A DNA stretch of 32,000 nt from Candidatus Arthromitus sp. SFB-rat-Yit (GCF_000283555.1 NC_016012.1:1-32000); one strand, 5' to 3'; counted from the first letter of the stretch, positions 1 through 12,625 are shown. Notes: generated from the sequence alone by a model not told the origin. Translations and numbers: made by a program.

Positions 1-1359
1 TTGGAATTTAGTTATACAGAGTTATGGGATGACATTTTGTTAGAATTGAAAAAAAATTTATCGGATATCAGCTTCAATACATGGTTCTCAGATATAGAAA
101 TTTTAAATATTTACAACTCTACCATAATTCTTGGATGTAATAACTCTTTAATTTTAGAAACTATTAATCTCAGATATATCGATTCATTAACTTCAATAAT
201 ATTCAATATAACAAAGCATTCATATAAAGTTAAATGCATATTGAAAGAATCATTTAAAAATGAATATTCCAAAAATCTGACTAAAACTATTGTATTGAAA
301 AATAATAATGATATTTTAAATACTTCTTTAAATTCTAATTTAAATTCTAAATATACATTTGAAACTTTTGTTGTTGGAAATAGTAATAGATTTGCTCATG
401 CTGCATCTTTAGCTGTTGCAGAATCCCCATCTAAAGCATATAACCCATTATTTATTTATGGCGGTGTAGGTTTGGGAAAAACGCATTTAATGCATGCTAT
501 AGGTCATTTAATCAATGAAAATAATTCTAAATTAAAAGTTGTTTATCTTACTTCAGAAAAATTTATTAATGAGTTAATTAGCTCAATAAAGGACGATAAA
601 AACATAGAATTTAGGGATAAATATAGAACTGTTGACGTTTTACTTATTGATGATGTTCAATTTATTGCTGGAAAAGAACGTACACAAGAAGAATTTTTCC
701 ATACATTCAATGCTCTACATGAATCTAATAAGCAAATTATACTATCAAGCGATAGACCTCCAAAAGAAATAAAGACACTTGAAGAAAGACTACGTTCAAG
801 ATTTGAATGGGGACTAATTGCAGATATACAACCCCCTGATTATGAAACGAGAATAGCTATATTAAGGAAAAAATCTGATGTTGATAATTTGAATGTTCCA
901 AATGAAGTACTTATCTATATAGCAACAAAAATTAAATCAAATATTCGTGAATTAGAAGGGGCCCTTTTAAGAGTAGTAGCCTACACTAATTTAACAAATA
1001 CTCCTATTTCCCTTGAGTTAGCTAAAGAAGCCTTAAAAGACCTAATAAGTGTTAATAATTCAAAAATAATTACAATTGAATACATACAAGAAACAATATC
1101 TAACTACTTTGATTTAACTATCGATATAATTAAATCTCAAAGAAGAACCCAAAATATAGCTTTTCCCAGACAAATTGCTATGTATTTATGTAGAAAACTT
1201 ACAGATTCATCTTTACCTAAAATAGGCGAAAAATTTGGTGGTAGAGACCATACTACAGTCATACATGCTTATGAAAAAATATTAAATAAAATAGAGTCTG
1301 ATCCAGAGTTTAATAATTTAATTAATGAATTATCAAATAAAATTACTAATAATAAATAA
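1..1359 (+). CDS. dnaA: Chromosomal replication initiator protein DnaA
   Basis: 452-aa ORF starting at TTG nt 1. Walker [11 protein letters not shown], Walker [10 protein letters not shown]-terminal DNA-binding signature [11 protein letters not shown]. Canonical dnaA-dnaN-recF-gyrBA synteny follows. Confidence 0.97.
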   Translation: MEFSYTELWDDILLELKKNLSDISFNTWFSDIEILNIYNSTIILGCNNSLILETINLRYIDSLTSIIFNITKHSYKVKCILKESFKNEYSKNLTKTIVLKNNNDILNTSLNSNLNSKYTFETFVVGNSNRFAHAASLAVAESPSKAYNPLFIYGGVGLGKTHLMHAIGHLINENNSKLKVVYLTSEKFINELISSIKDDKNIEFRDKYRTVDVLLIDDVQFIAGKERTQEEFFHTFNALHESNKQIILSSDRPPKEIKTLEERLRSRFEWGLIADIQPPDYETRIAILRKKSDVDNLNVPNEVLIYIATKIKSNIRELEGALLRVVAYTNLTNTPISLELAKEALKDLISVNNSKIITIEYIQETISNYFDLTIDIIKSQRRTQNIAFPRQIAMYLCRKLTDSSLPKIGEKFGGRDHTTVIHAYEKILNKIESDPEFNNLINELSNKITNNK

Positions 1360-1588
1360 TAGTTTTCAACTAATGTTTATAACTTATTTTTTATTAATTC
1401 AACTAACAAAACTTTTACTATTATACATTAGGTTTTTCATATTCTTTACACTAATTATTAACAAGACTATTTTTTCTACGTGTAACTATTTTTATATAAA
1501 AAATTTGGTTTCAACAAAATTAACAACCCTTATTACTATTACTACTATAATTTTTTAATTTTATTTAATTATTAAGGATGGTTTAATT

Positions 1589-2695
1589 ATGAAATTTTTT
1601 TGCAATAAATCAGAATTGGTTGAAAAAATAAATATTGTTCAAAAAGCTATAACAAATAAAATCAATTCCTCTGTTTTAGGTAGTATATTTATGCATATAG
1701 ATGATAATAATTTAACAATGATTGGCGTAGATACAGATTTATCAATTGAAACAAAGGTTAATGCTAAGGTAGTCGAACAAGGTAAATTATTTTTAGATTC
1801 AAAATTGTTTGGTGAAATAATAAAAAGACTTCCTTCGGATAAAATTGAAATCAAAAACAATGAGTTAAATAAAAAAAATATAATTATTTCATCAGGTAAT
1901 ACTGAATTTAATTTATTGAATTTAGATTCAAAAGAATATCCTCAAATACCCCAAGTTGATTTTCAAAATAAAATATTATTAAAACAATCTATATTTAAGA
2001 ATATGATAAAAAGCACAACTTTTTCTGCCTCGTTTGATGAATCTAAAGGTATAATTACAGGAGTTCTTATAAATATAAAGAATAATATTTTAACTTTTGT
2101 AGCCTTAGACGGATTTAGGCTTGCATTAAAAAGTGAAATTATAGATAATAATGAGGATATAAATATAATAATTCCAGCTAGGACGTTAAATGAATTAAAT
2201 AAAATACTTAAAGAAACAGATGATTTAATTGAAATATATCTTACAAATAATTTCATAATGATAAATGTGAATAATGATAAAATAGTATTAAAATTACTCC
2301 AAGGAGACTTTATAAAATATGATTCAATAATACCTAGAGAATATAAATTATCTGTTATTGTTTCTAAATATGAATTAATTAATGGATTAGAAAGATCAAC
2401 ATTATTAACTAAAGATAAAAACAACAATTTAGTTAAAATGGAAATAAGAGAAGATAAATTAGTATTAAAGTCCCATTCTTCTTTTGGTCAACTAAAGGAG
2501 GAAATAGTAATAAAAAAAGATGGGATAGATTTAGATATAGCTTTTAATTCTAGATATCTTGTTGATGCGGTTAAATCAATCGAAGAGGATGAGATTGAAA
2601 TTAAATTTAATAATAATATAACTCCTTGTATAATTAAGGGTAATAAAAGCGATAGTTCAAAGTATATGGTTTTACCTGTTAGATTTATTGTTTAA
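1589..2695 (+). CDS. dnaN: DNA polymerase III beta sliding clamp
   Basis: 368-aa ORF directly after dnaA, length typical of a beta clamp, RBS AAGGATGG upstream of the ATG. Confidence 0.94.
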   Translation: MKFFCNKSELVEKINIVQKAITNKINSSVLGSIFMHIDDNNLTMIGVDTDLSIETKVNAKVVEQGKLFLDSKLFGEIIKRLPSDKIEIKNNELNKKNIIISSGNTEFNLLNLDSKEYPQIPQVDFQNKILLKQSIFKNMIKSTTFSASFDESKGIITGVLINIKNNILTFVALDGFRLALKSEIIDNNEDINIIIPARTLNELNKILKETDDLIEIYLTNNFIMINVNNDKIVLKLLQGDFIKYDSIIPREYKLSVIVSKYELINGLERSTLLTKDKNNNLVKMEIREDKLVLKSHSSFGQLKEEIVIKKDGIDLDIAFNSRYLVDAVKSIEEDEIEIKFNNNITPCIIKGNKSDSSKYMVLPVRFIV

Positions 2696-2759
2696 TATAA
2701 TTTGGATTTTAAGATCATTTAATTTATAAATGATCTTAAAATTTTATTTGGAGATAATA

Positions 2760-3860
2760 ATGCGGTTTTGTGATATTAAATTGGAAAACTTTAGGAATTA
2801 TAAGAATATAAGTATTAATTTACATGCAAATTTAAATATTTTAGTAGGTAATAATGGAGGGGGAAAAACAAATATATTAGAATCAATTTATTTTTTTTCA
2901 TTGTTAAAATCCCATAGAACAACAAAATTAAATAATTTAATTAATTTTAAAGAACAGTATACGCAAATATTTGCTAATATTATAAAAGATGATGAAAAAA
3001 AATTAGTAGGACGTGTTAAATTTGATAAGTTAAAAGGGAAAAATATAAATATAAATAATTTAAATATTAGTAGATTAATAGATTTTATAGGGTATATAAA
3101 AGTTATTATGATAGCTCCGGAAGATATGAAAATAATTAAAGATTCACCTGCTATTAGAAGAAAATTTTTAGATATTAATATATCTCAAATTGATAGAACT
3201 TATTTAGAATGTATTATTAACTATAATAAAGTTTTAAAATTAAAAAATAATTTACTGAAAGAAAAAAATGTTAACGATAAGCTACTGGATGTATATGATG
3301 AACAAATAGCCTCATACAGTGAAATTATAATTAATAAAAGATTAGAATATATAGATAAGATAGACAAAATTTCCAAAAATATACATACTAATATATCTCT
3401 TAATAAAGAAAATATAATAATTACCTATAATTCTTTTATAGATTTGGAAATTTGTAGAAATAATAAAAATATAAAAGATATAATTATAAATATATTAAAA
3501 AAAGATAGGTCTATGGATAAAATTAGACAAAGTTCTAGTAAGGGTATACATAGAGATGATTTTATAGTTTTTATAAATGATAAAGAAGCTTCGAATTATT
3601 CATCGCAAGGTCAACAAAAAAGTGCAATTATATCTATAAAATTAGCTATTGTAAAAATAATAAAGGAAATTACAAAAGAATATCCTGTATTACTTTTAGA
3701 TGATGTATTATCAGAACTTGATAGTGAAAGGAGGAATTTTTTAATAAATTTCCTTCCAAATGTTCAAACATTTATAACTTGTACTGAAATATATGAGGAA
3801 ATTTTAAGACCCTGTAAGGTTTTTAATATACACAAAGGTGAAATTTTAGAGAGGTGTTAA
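2760..3860 (+). CDS. recF: DNA replication/repair protein RecF
   Basis: The ORF track starts at 2730, but a GGAGA RBS precedes ATG 2760 (MRFCDIKLENFRNY). Walker A GNNGGGKTN, ABC-like signature SQGQQKS, Walker B LLLDDV. Confidence 0.9.
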   Translation: MRFCDIKLENFRNYKNISINLHANLNILVGNNGGGKTNILESIYFFSLLKSHRTTKLNNLINFKEQYTQIFANIIKDDEKKLVGRVKFDKLKGKNININNLNISRLIDFIGYIKVIMIAPEDMKIIKDSPAIRRKFLDINISQIDRTYLECIINYNKVLKLKNNLLKEKNVNDKLLDVYDEQIASYSEIIINKRLEYIDKIDKISKNIHTNISLNKENIIITYNSFIDLEICRNNKNIKDIIINILKKDRSMDKIRQSSSKGIHRDDFIVFINDKEASNYSSQGQQKSAIISIKLAIVKIIKEITKEYPVLLLDDVLSELDSERRNFLINFLPNVQTFITCTEIYEEILRPCKVFNIHKGEILERC

Positions 3861-3861
3861 A

Positions 3862-4119
3862 TTGTATATTCAATTAGGAAATGAAGTAAGTGTTATAGAT
3901 AAAGATATAGTTGGTATATTTAATATAGATACAACTTTTAAATCTAAAGATAGTAATGATTTCTTAAGAATATCTGATGAAGAGGGATTTGTACAAAAAA
4001 CGTATGATTATTATATTAAATCTGTTGTAGTAACAGAGATAAATAATAAAAGTAAGATTTTTTTATCTTCAATTTCATCTCATACATTAATAAAAAGAAT
4101 TAGTGGAGATAAAATTTAA
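3862..4119 (+). CDS. remB: DUF370/RemB-family small protein (YaaB-like)
   Basis: 85 aa, TTG start. MYIQLGNEVSVIDKDIVGIF resembles B. subtilis RemB/YaaB, and it holds the conserved position between recF and gyrB. Confidence 0.8.
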   Translation: MYIQLGNEVSVIDKDIVGIFNIDTTFKSKDSNDFLRISDEEGFVQKTYDYYIKSVVVTEINNKSKIFLSSISSHTLIKRISGDKI

Positions 4120-4151
4120 ATTTTTAATATAAACCGTTTGGAGGAATTTGA

Positions 4152-6071
<1,920 letters not shown>

Positions 6072-6090
6072 TTATGGGGAGGATCTATAT

Positions 6091-8517
6091 ATGTCAAATA
6101 ATGAAGGAAGAATATTAAATATAGATATAAGTTCAGAAATGAAAAAATGTTATATGGAATATTCTATGAGTGTAATAATAGGAAGAGCACTCCCTGATAT
6201 TAGAGATGGTTTAAAACCAGTACATAGAAGAATTTTATATTCAATGTATAGCTTATCATTATACCCAGACAAACCTTATAGGAAGAGCGCGAAGATTGTT
6301 GGAGATGTTTTGGCAAATTTCCACCCTCATGGTGATTCATCTGTTTATGATGCTTTAGTTAGAATGGCACAAGATTTTTCGATGAGGAATCCTTTGGTAA
6401 ATGGACATGGTAATTTTGGATCAATTGATGGTGATTCTGCAGCGGCTATGCGTTACACAGAAGCTAAAATGAGTAAAATTACATTAGAAATGGTAAGGGA
6501 TATAAATAAAGAAACGGTAGATTTTTTAGATAATTATGATGGATCTGAAAAAGAGCCAGCTACACTTCCAAGCAGAATACCTAATTTACTTATTAATGGA
6601 TCATCTGGAATTGCTGTTGGTATGGCAACTAATATACCTCCTCATAATTTAGGGGAAGTTATAGATGCCATAATATGTTTAATTGATGATGGAGAAGATG
6701 TAAGCATAGATGAGTTAATGAAATATATAAAGGGTCCTGATTTTCCATTAGGTGGTATTATATTAGGGGTTAATGGTATAAGAGATGCGTATCAAACAGG
6801 AAAAGGTAAGATAACAATAAGATCAAAATCTGTAATTAAGGAAATAAACAATAGAAACTGTATAATAATTACAGAAATCCCATATCAGGTTAATAAATCA
6901 AGACTAATTGAATATATAGCTGAACTTATAAGAGATAAGAAAATTACAGGAATACATGATTTAAGAGATGAATCAGATAGGGAAGGTATAAGAATTGTAA
7001 TTGAATTAAAAAGAGATGTTAATGCAAATATAATATTAAATCAATTATATAAATTAACAAAACTTCAAGATACATTTGGTGTTATTATGCTTGCTTTAGT
7101 TGATAACGAGCCTAAAATCTTAAATATTAAAGAAATTTTAGTTCATTATCTTAACTATCAAAAACAAGTTGTAACTAGAAGAACTCAATTTGATTATAAG
7201 AAAGCAGAGCATAGTAAACATATATTAGAAGGGTATAAAATCGCTCTAGATAATATCGATCAAATTATTAAATTAATAAGGGAATCCAGCAATAATGAAA
7301 TAGCTAAGGAAGGTTTAATAAAGCAATTTGGATTTACAGAAATTCAAGCGGTATCTATATTAGAAATGAGGCTTAGAAGGTTAACAGCTCTAGAGAGAGA
7401 TAAGATAGAGTTAGAGTTATCTGAGAAGATACAACTAATAAAAGAGTTGAAAGAAATACTTGATAATGAAAGATCTTTACTCAAACTCATAAAAAATGAA
7501 CTCTTAGATATAAAGAAAATACACAATACTGACAGAAGAACCTATATAGATGAAATGTTTTATGAGGATGACATAGATAGGGATAATTTAATACATAAAG
7601 AGAATATAGTTGTTACATTAACTCACGATGGATATATTAAGAGGATGGCATCTAATACGTACTCCAGTCAAAAAAGAGGAGGCAGAGGTATGCAGGCTAT
7701 GACAGTAAAAGAAAATGATTTTATAGAAAATATTTTCCATACAACGACACACCATAATTTGTTATTTTTTACAAATTTAGGTAGAGTATATAATATAAAA
7801 GCTTATGAAATACCTGATTCATCAAGGATAGCTAAAGGTATAAACATAGTAAATTTAATAAATTTAAATAGCAATGAAAAAGTTCAAGTTGTTTTATGTT
7901 TAGATAAATTAGATGATAATGGATATGTATTAATGGCTACTAAACTTGGGCTTATTAAGAAAACTAAGATTTCAGAATTTTCAAAAATAAGAAAAAATGG
8001 ATTAATTGCAATAGGTATAAAAGATAATGATGAGTTATTAAATGTAAAGCAAACAAAAGGTGATGCTGATATAGTAATGGTTACTAGTTGTGGATATGCA
8101 ATAGTATTTAATGAAAAAAATATACGTGCTATGGGAAGAGGTGCATCTGGGGTTAAAGCTATTACACTAAGAGAAGGAGATAGCCTTATTTCTATAGATA
8201 TTGCAACAGAAGGAGAAGATTTGTTAATTACAAGTGAAAATGGATATGGTAAGAGAACAGCATTAAAAAATTACCCTGTACAAAATAGAGGGGGAAAAGG
8301 CATAAAAACTTATAAGATAACTGAAAAGACAGGTAAAGTATCTTGTGCATGTGTTGTAAATAAGAATAATGATGTTATGCTTATTAATTCAAATGGAGTT
8401 GGAATACGAATAAAGGTAAGTGATATTTCACAAATAGGCAGGAGTTCATTAGGTGTTAAACTTATGAGAACAACAAATAATGAAAAGATAACTACAATAG
8501 GCAAGATAAAAGAGTAA
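6091..8517 (+). CDS. gyrA: DNA gyrase subunit A
   Basis: 808 aa. Catalytic Tyr in AAMRYTEAKM, QRDR HPHGDSSVYDA (wild-type-like Ser/Asp), C-terminal beta-pinwheel repeats. Confidence 0.97.
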   Translation: MSNNEGRILNIDISSEMKKCYMEYSMSVIIGRALPDIRDGLKPVHRRILYSMYSLSLYPDKPYRKSAKIVGDVLANFHPHGDSSVYDALVRMAQDFSMRNPLVNGHGNFGSIDGDSAAAMRYTEAKMSKITLEMVRDINKETVDFLDNYDGSEKEPATLPSRIPNLLINGSSGIAVGMATNIPPHNLGEVIDAIICLIDDGEDVSIDELMKYIKGPDFPLGGIILGVNGIRDAYQTGKGKITIRSKSVIKEINNRNCIIITEIPYQVNKSRLIEYIAELIRDKKITGIHDLRDESDREGIRIVIELKRDVNANIILNQLYKLTKLQDTFGVIMLALVDNEPKILNIKEILVHYLNYQKQVVTRRTQFDYKKAEHSKHILEGYKIALDNIDQIIKLIRESSNNEIAKEGLIKQFGFTEIQAVSILEMRLRRLTALERDKIELELSEKIQLIKELKEILDNERSLLKLIKNELLDIKKIHNTDRRTYIDEMFYEDDIDRDNLIHKENIVVTLTHDGYIKRMASNTYSSQKRGGRGMQAMTVKENDFIENIFHTTTHHNLLFFTNLGRVYNIKAYEIPDSSRIAKGINIVNLINLNSNEKVQVVLCLDKLDDNGYVLMATKLGLIKKTKISEFSKIRKNGLIAIGIKDNDELLNVKQTKGDADIVMVTSCGYAIVFNEKNIRAMGRGASGVKAITLREGDSLISIDIATEGEDLLITSENGYGKRTALKNYPVQNRGGKGIKTYKITEKTGKVSCACVVNKNNDVMLINSNGVGIRIKVSDISQIGRSSLGVKLMRTTNNEKITTIGKIKE

Positions 8518-8543
8518 AAAATGAAAAAATAATTTAAAAAGTA

Positions 8544-8572
8544 TTGACAACTTATATAAATAAACATATAAT
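8544..8572 (+). promoter_or_regulatory. Sigma-70-type promoter for the tRNA(CAU)-tRNA-Ala pair
   Basis: TTGACA (8544-8549), 17-nt spacer, TATAAT (8567-8572), about 25 nt upstream of the tRNA 5' end. Confidence 0.6.
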
Positions 8573-8596
8573 AAGAATGTAAGTTGTTCTTACTAA

Positions 8597-8673
8597 GGAT
8601 CTTTAGCTCAGTTGGTTAGAGCAACCGGCTCATAACCGGTCGGTCCGGGGTTCGAGTCCCTGAAGATCCACCA
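8597..8673 (+). tRNA. tRNA with CAT anticodon (Met, or lysidine-modified Ile2)
   Basis: 77-nt cloverleaf folded by hand. Acceptor GGATCTT/AAGATCC, anticodon arm ACCGG-CTCATAA-CCGGT, T-loop TTCGAGT, encoded CCA. Ile2 versus Met cannot be resolved by eye. Confidence 0.88.
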
Positions 8674-8674
8674 T

Positions 8675-8750
8675 GGGGGTATAGCTCAGTTGGGAGAGCA
8701 CCTGCCTTGCACGCAGGGGGTCAAGGGTTCGAGTCCCTTTATCTCCACCA
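8675..8750 (+). tRNA. tRNA-Ala (anticodon TGC)
   Basis: 76 nt. Acceptor GGGGGTA/TATCTCC with the G3:U70 Ala identity pair, anticodon loop CTTGCAC, encoded CCA. Only 1 nt separates it from the previous tRNA. Confidence 0.95.
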
Positions 8751-8755
8751 TTTAT

Positions 8756-8800
8756 AAACAGAAAAGAGTACGTATTGGATGCGTACTCTTTTCTGTTTAT
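8756..8800 (+). terminator. Rho-independent terminator after the tRNA pair
   Basis: 17-bp perfect stem (8756-8772 pairs with 8782-8798: AAACAGAAAAGAGTACG / CGTACTCTTTTCTGTTT). The 3' arm is T-rich and the 5' arm A-rich, so it could act in both directions. Confidence 0.75.
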
Positions 8801-8830
8801 TTCTCAAATATCAAATATTAAGGGAAAACG

Positions 8831-9337
8831 ATGGATAGAATAAAACAATTTTTATTTTATATATTTAGTTTGTTTTATAAAATAGATGAAGAATTTTTAA
8901 AAAATTATCTAGATAAAGAAGAGTTATATTATTTCAACAAACTCTTAAAAAGTGAAAAACAGCATTGTATAAAAGTTGCTAAAAAATGTTTAAAAGTGTA
9001 TGATAAATTCGGTATATGTGATTATGAAGTTAGCTTAGTGATAAAGATGTGTTTACTTCATGATATCGGGAAAATATATTCAAGATTAAATTTGTTTTTA
9101 AAGCCTGTTATTGTTATTATTACAAATAATAGAAGAATAAGGAAACTGATATTTTTTATAGATAAAAAACGTATTTGCAAGTATTTAAAACATTCAAAAT
9201 ATAGCTATGATATTTTGAAAAAATTTAGATATTCAGATGATTTTTTATATTCTATCAGATATCATCATTCAGAAAAAATAATGAGGAATAATAAATACAT
9301 TAATTTGTTAAAATATTGTGATTCTAATTATTGTTAA
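8831..9337 (+). CDS. HD-domain protein (predicted metal-dependent phosphohydrolase)
   Basis: 168 aa with His...HD...HH spacing: QHCIKVA, CLLHDIGK, IRYHHSE. Confidence 0.65.
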   Translation: MDRIKQFLFYIFSLFYKIDEEFLKNYLDKEELYYFNKLLKSEKQHCIKVAKKCLKVYDKFGICDYEVSLVIKMCLLHDIGKIYSRLNLFLKPVIVIITNNRRIRKLIFFIDKKRICKYLKHSKYSYDILKKFRYSDDFLYSIRYHHSEKIMRNNKYINLLKYCDSNYC

Positions 9338-9402
9338 TATTTAAATAAGTAATTTGATATTTTAAAACAAAAAAATTTTAAAATTTAGTAGAGGAGATTT
9401 TT

Positions 9403-10689
9403 ATGTTAGATTTAAAATTTATTGTTTATAATAAAGATTTTGTAAAACAAAAATTGAGTAATAGAGGAGAGGATTTTTTAGTTGACACAATAGATGATCT
9501 TATTGAATTTTATAAGGAAAAGAATTCTTTTATACTTAAAGTAGAAGAATTAAAGAATAAGAGAAATGTTTCTTCAAAAAAAATAGCTGAATTAAAAAAG
9601 AATGGTGAGAATGTTGATGATATCTTTAAGGAAATGAAAAATTTAAGTGATAAAATCAAGGAATTAGATAAAAAAATACATATTTTAAATGAAAAAATAA
9701 ATTATATAATGCTTAGAATTCCTAATTTACCTAGTGATGATGTACCAGAAGGTGATAGTGATCAAGACAATATTGAGGTCAGAAAATGGGGAGAACCAAT
9801 TAAGCATGATTTTGAAATAAAAGCACATTGGGATATAGCTAAAAGTTTAGATATATTAGATTTTGAAAGAAGTGCTAAAGTTACAGGATCTAGATTTGTG
9901 TTTTATAAAGGATTGGGGGCAAGATTAGAGAGAGCACTTATAAATTATTTTTTAGATGTACAAACGATGAAACATGGGTATGTAGAGATTATTCCACCTT
10001 ATATGGCAAATAAAGATAGTTTTACAGGTACGGGTCAATTACCAAAATTTGCAGATGATGCATTTTTAGTAGAGAATAAAGATTATTTTCTAATACCGAC
10101 AGCAGAAATACCAGTTACGAATTATTATAGAGATGAAATAATTAGTTTAAGTGAGACAAAACCTGTACAGAAATTTGTAGCTTATAGTGCTTGTTTTAGA
10201 TCTGAGGCTGGTTCAGCCGGTAGAGATACGAGAGGTTTGATAAGGTTACATCAATTTAATAAAGTTGAATTGGTTAAGTTTTGTCGTGAAGAAGATTCTT
10301 ATAATGAATTAGAGAAGCTTGTTAATGATGCTGAGTTTTTATTGAAAGAGTTAAAGTTACCTTATAGAGTTGTTAAAGTATGCAAAGGTGATTTAGGGTT
10401 TTCACAGTCCTTTAAATATGATATAGAAGTTTGGATGCCAAGTTATAATAGATATGTTGAAATATCTAGCTGTAGTAATTTTGAGAGTTTTCAGAGCCGT
10501 AGGGGCAATATAAGGTATAGAGAAAACAACTCATCTAAAACTAAATTTGTGCATACGTTAAATGGGTCAGGATTAGCTGTTGGTAGGACATTTGCAGCGA
10601 TACTTGAAAATTTCCAAACATCAGATTGTAGAGTTGTTATACCAGAAGTACTGAGGAAATACTTTAATGGATTAGAAATTATATCTTAA
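9403..10689 (+). CDS. serS: Seryl-tRNA synthetase
   Basis: 428 aa. N-terminal coiled-coil arm and class II motifs ([44 protein letters not shown]). RBS GAGGAG upstream. Confidence 0.95.
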   Translation: MLDLKFIVYNKDFVKQKLSNRGEDFLVDTIDDLIEFYKEKNSFILKVEELKNKRNVSSKKIAELKKNGENVDDIFKEMKNLSDKIKELDKKIHILNEKINYIMLRIPNLPSDDVPEGDSDQDNIEVRKWGEPIKHDFEIKAHWDIAKSLDILDFERSAKVTGSRFVFYKGLGARLERALINYFLDVQTMKHGYVEIIPPYMANKDSFTGTGQLPKFADDAFLVENKDYFLIPTAEIPVTNYYRDEIISLSETKPVQKFVAYSACFRSEAGSAGRDTRGLIRLHQFNKVELVKFCREEDSYNELEKLVNDAEFLLKELKLPYRVVKVCKGDLGFSQSFKYDIEVWMPSYNRYVEISSCSNFESFQSRRGNIRYRENNSSKTKFVHTLNGSGLAVGRTFAAILENFQTSDCRVVIPEVLRKYFNGLEIIS

Positions 10690-10715
10690 TTGATGTTTGA
10701 TTTCTAAGGAGGGTA

Positions 10716-12320
10716 TTGATGACTAAAAATATTAAAAGAGGAATTGTTTTAATATTAATAGTGCTTATTTTTATAGGTATATGTAGTTTGGTTAATTTAA
10801 ACAGTTTAACTAAGAAGGTATATGTATATAATAATGGATCAATAGATTTTGAGAGTAAAAAGTTCATAAGATTGTATGATGATGATTTTAATTATACTAA
10901 GTTAAGCAATAAGGATTATCCATATATAGGTTATTTAAATAAGAACAACTATTTTAAAGAGAATATAAATATTTCTGAAATTGATAATGGGAAAGTTATT
11001 TATGTTGATCCATTTCAAGAATATATAAATGTTGAGGATCCATATTTGTATGGAGGACTTTATGTTAATAGTAGTTATTATGATGAATTTATGTTAAATT
11101 TTGATTTTACGGAGTATTATAAAGAGTTATCTTTAGTAGATGAAGGTAAAAGTTTTAATTTATCCAATGAGGAATGTGAAATCATCAAAAATATAGTTTT
11201 AAATAATGTTTATAATGATAGAAATTATGATGGTATAAAGCAGTATTTATCAGAGTATTCTTATGATTTAAATATAAGGCATAAGGTATATACAGATATT
11301 TATTTAAAGTTGAGGATTTATAGAGATAAAAATGATAACTTAATTCTCAAATTTAATGATATGAATTATTATGTAAACGAATTTAAAAATAATGATGAGG
11401 TAAATCAAAATACGTCCTATTATACATATAGAGGTGATGATTACGGATATTTGTATAACAACATAACTACTCAAGAAGATTTAGAAAATTTTGCATTTCA
11501 TGATTATATAATTGAAACTATGGATTCAAATGTTTATTCAAATTATGCTAGTTATGCACTTGACGTAATAAATGATGAAAAGTTATCTATTAAGGATAAA
11601 TTGTCCTTGTTAAAACAAACTTTGTATATAAAGTATAAACCTACAAATAGAGAAGATTTTTCATTAAAGATTGATAGGATAAAGAATTTAAATATTATAG
11701 GTGATAATAGGAAGACATATAGGATAAATCATAAGTTTTTGTTTGATATATTTAATTATCCAGCTAATGTGTATTCACTAGCGTTTTATGAAGATGATGT
11801 TTTATATACCATTCCTGAAAGATATAAAGAGTTATATGAGAATTTTGTAAATATAATTATTAATGATCCTGAGGTTGATTATTTAAAAAAGAATGATATG
11901 ATAGTCGAACTTCAAAATCATTTAGCGGTTGTTGATGAGAAACAATTAAGTTCATTAAGAGATAAGTATGGAGAAATTGAAATTTTAGAAGAAAGTGTTG
12001 ATAGGATCAAATATACATCTGGGTATTATGGGTTTTTGTATGATGATATTGGGAATATAAATGATTTAAAAGATTTTGCCTTACATAAAGAGGTTCTTGA
12101 TAATATATTTAATGATTATTTTAAAGATATTTATATAAATAGAATCAATGAAATAATAGATGATGATAGGAACTTGGATGAAAAATTAAAGAGTGTTGTT
12201 GAGTGTCAATTGAAATTTACTTTAATACCTATCACTAAACAAAAATATTATAGAGAAACATATAAAAATAATTATTTTAATCAGAGTTATATAAACAAGA
12301 TTAAGAAAATATTATCTTAA
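10716..12320 (+). CDS. Hypothetical protein with N-terminal membrane anchor and an internal duplicated motif
   Basis: 534 aa, RBS AAGGAGG. TM segment GIVLILIVLIFIGICSLV. No family recognised. The Tyr/Asn/Asp-rich body carries two copies of a YG(Y/F)LY..I....DL..FA.H motif. Confidence 0.6.
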   Translation: MMTKNIKRGIVLILIVLIFIGICSLVNLNSLTKKVYVYNNGSIDFESKKFIRLYDDDFNYTKLSNKDYPYIGYLNKNNYFKENINISEIDNGKVIYVDPFQEYINVEDPYLYGGLYVNSSYYDEFMLNFDFTEYYKELSLVDEGKSFNLSNEECEIIKNIVLNNVYNDRNYDGIKQYLSEYSYDLNIRHKVYTDIYLKLRIYRDKNDNLILKFNDMNYYVNEFKNNDEVNQNTSYYTYRGDDYGYLYNNITTQEDLENFAFHDYIIETMDSNVYSNYASYALDVINDEKLSIKDKLSLLKQTLYIKYKPTNREDFSLKIDRIKNLNIIGDNRKTYRINHKFLFDIFNYPANVYSLAFYEDDVLYTIPERYKELYENFVNIIINDPEVDYLKKNDMIVELQNHLAVVDEKQLSSLRDKYGEIEILEESVDRIKYTSGYYGFLYDDIGNINDLKDFALHKEVLDNIFNDYFKDIYINRINEIIDDDRNLDEKLKSVVECQLKFTLIPITKQKYYRETYKNNYFNQSYINKIKKILS

Positions 12321-12349
12321 AAAATTAACTATTATATTACGAAAAAGTA

Positions 12350-12378
12350 TTGACACATATTTTTTAAAGTGATATAAT
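12350..12378 (+). promoter_or_regulatory. Sigma-70-type promoter for the tRNA-Ser pair
   Basis: TTGACA (12350-12355), 17-nt spacer ending in TG (extended -10), TATAAT (12373-12378), 15 nt before the tRNA. Confidence 0.65.
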
Positions 12379-12393
12379 AGTTATCGTAACGAT

Positions 12394-12484
12394 GGAGAGA
12401 TGGTCGAGTGGTTTAAGGCACCGGTCTTGAAAACCGGCGTGCGTTGATAGCGTACCGTGGGTTCGAATCCCACTCTCTCCGCCA
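12394..12484 (+). tRNA. tRNA-Ser (anticodon TGA)
   Basis: 91 nt class II tRNA with long variable arm. Acceptor GGAGAGA/TCTCTCC, anticodon loop CTTGAAA, T-loop TTCGAAT, encoded CCA. Confidence 0.93.
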
Positions 12485-12495
12485 ATTAATTTTTT

Positions 12496-12586
12496 GGAGA
12501 AATACTCAAGTGGCTAAAGAGGCACCCCTGCTAAGGGTGTAGGCTAGGAAACTGGTGCGAGGGTTCGAATCCCTCTTTCTCCGCCA
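12496..12586 (+). tRNA. tRNA-Ser (anticodon GCT)
   Basis: 91 nt class II tRNA. Acceptor GGAGAAA/TTTCTCC, anticodon arm CACCC-CTGCTAA-GGGTG, encoded CCA. Confidence 0.93.
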
Positions 12587-12625
12587 AAAAAAGGTGCTAT
12601 TTAAATTAAAATAGCACCTTTTTTT
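12587..12625 (+). terminator. Rho-independent terminator after the tRNA-Ser pair
   Basis: A-run, stem GGTGCTATT / AATAGCACC, then a T7 run (12619-12625). Confidence 0.75.

Noticed and set aside
1360-1588. The dnaA-dnaN intergenic region as an oriC segment with DnaA boxes
   Set aside because: It is AT-rich and in the classic position. However, I found no TTATCCACA/TGTGGATAA or one-mismatch variant. No CACA or TGTG core occurs in a suitable context, and the best candidates have three or more mismatches. The main oriC may lie upstream of dnaA, outside this window.
1325-2427. Track ORFs 1325..1558(+), 1639..1860(-) and 1963..2427(-). The same applies to 7344..7526, 8310..8567, 10679..10867, 16297..16485, 16979..17173, 21793..22068 and 23028..23213.
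   Set aside because: They are low-complexity Ile/Phe/Leu/Asn-rich translations lying in intergenic AT-rich DNA or antisense to or overlapping well-supported genes. Such ORFs are expected by chance at this composition.
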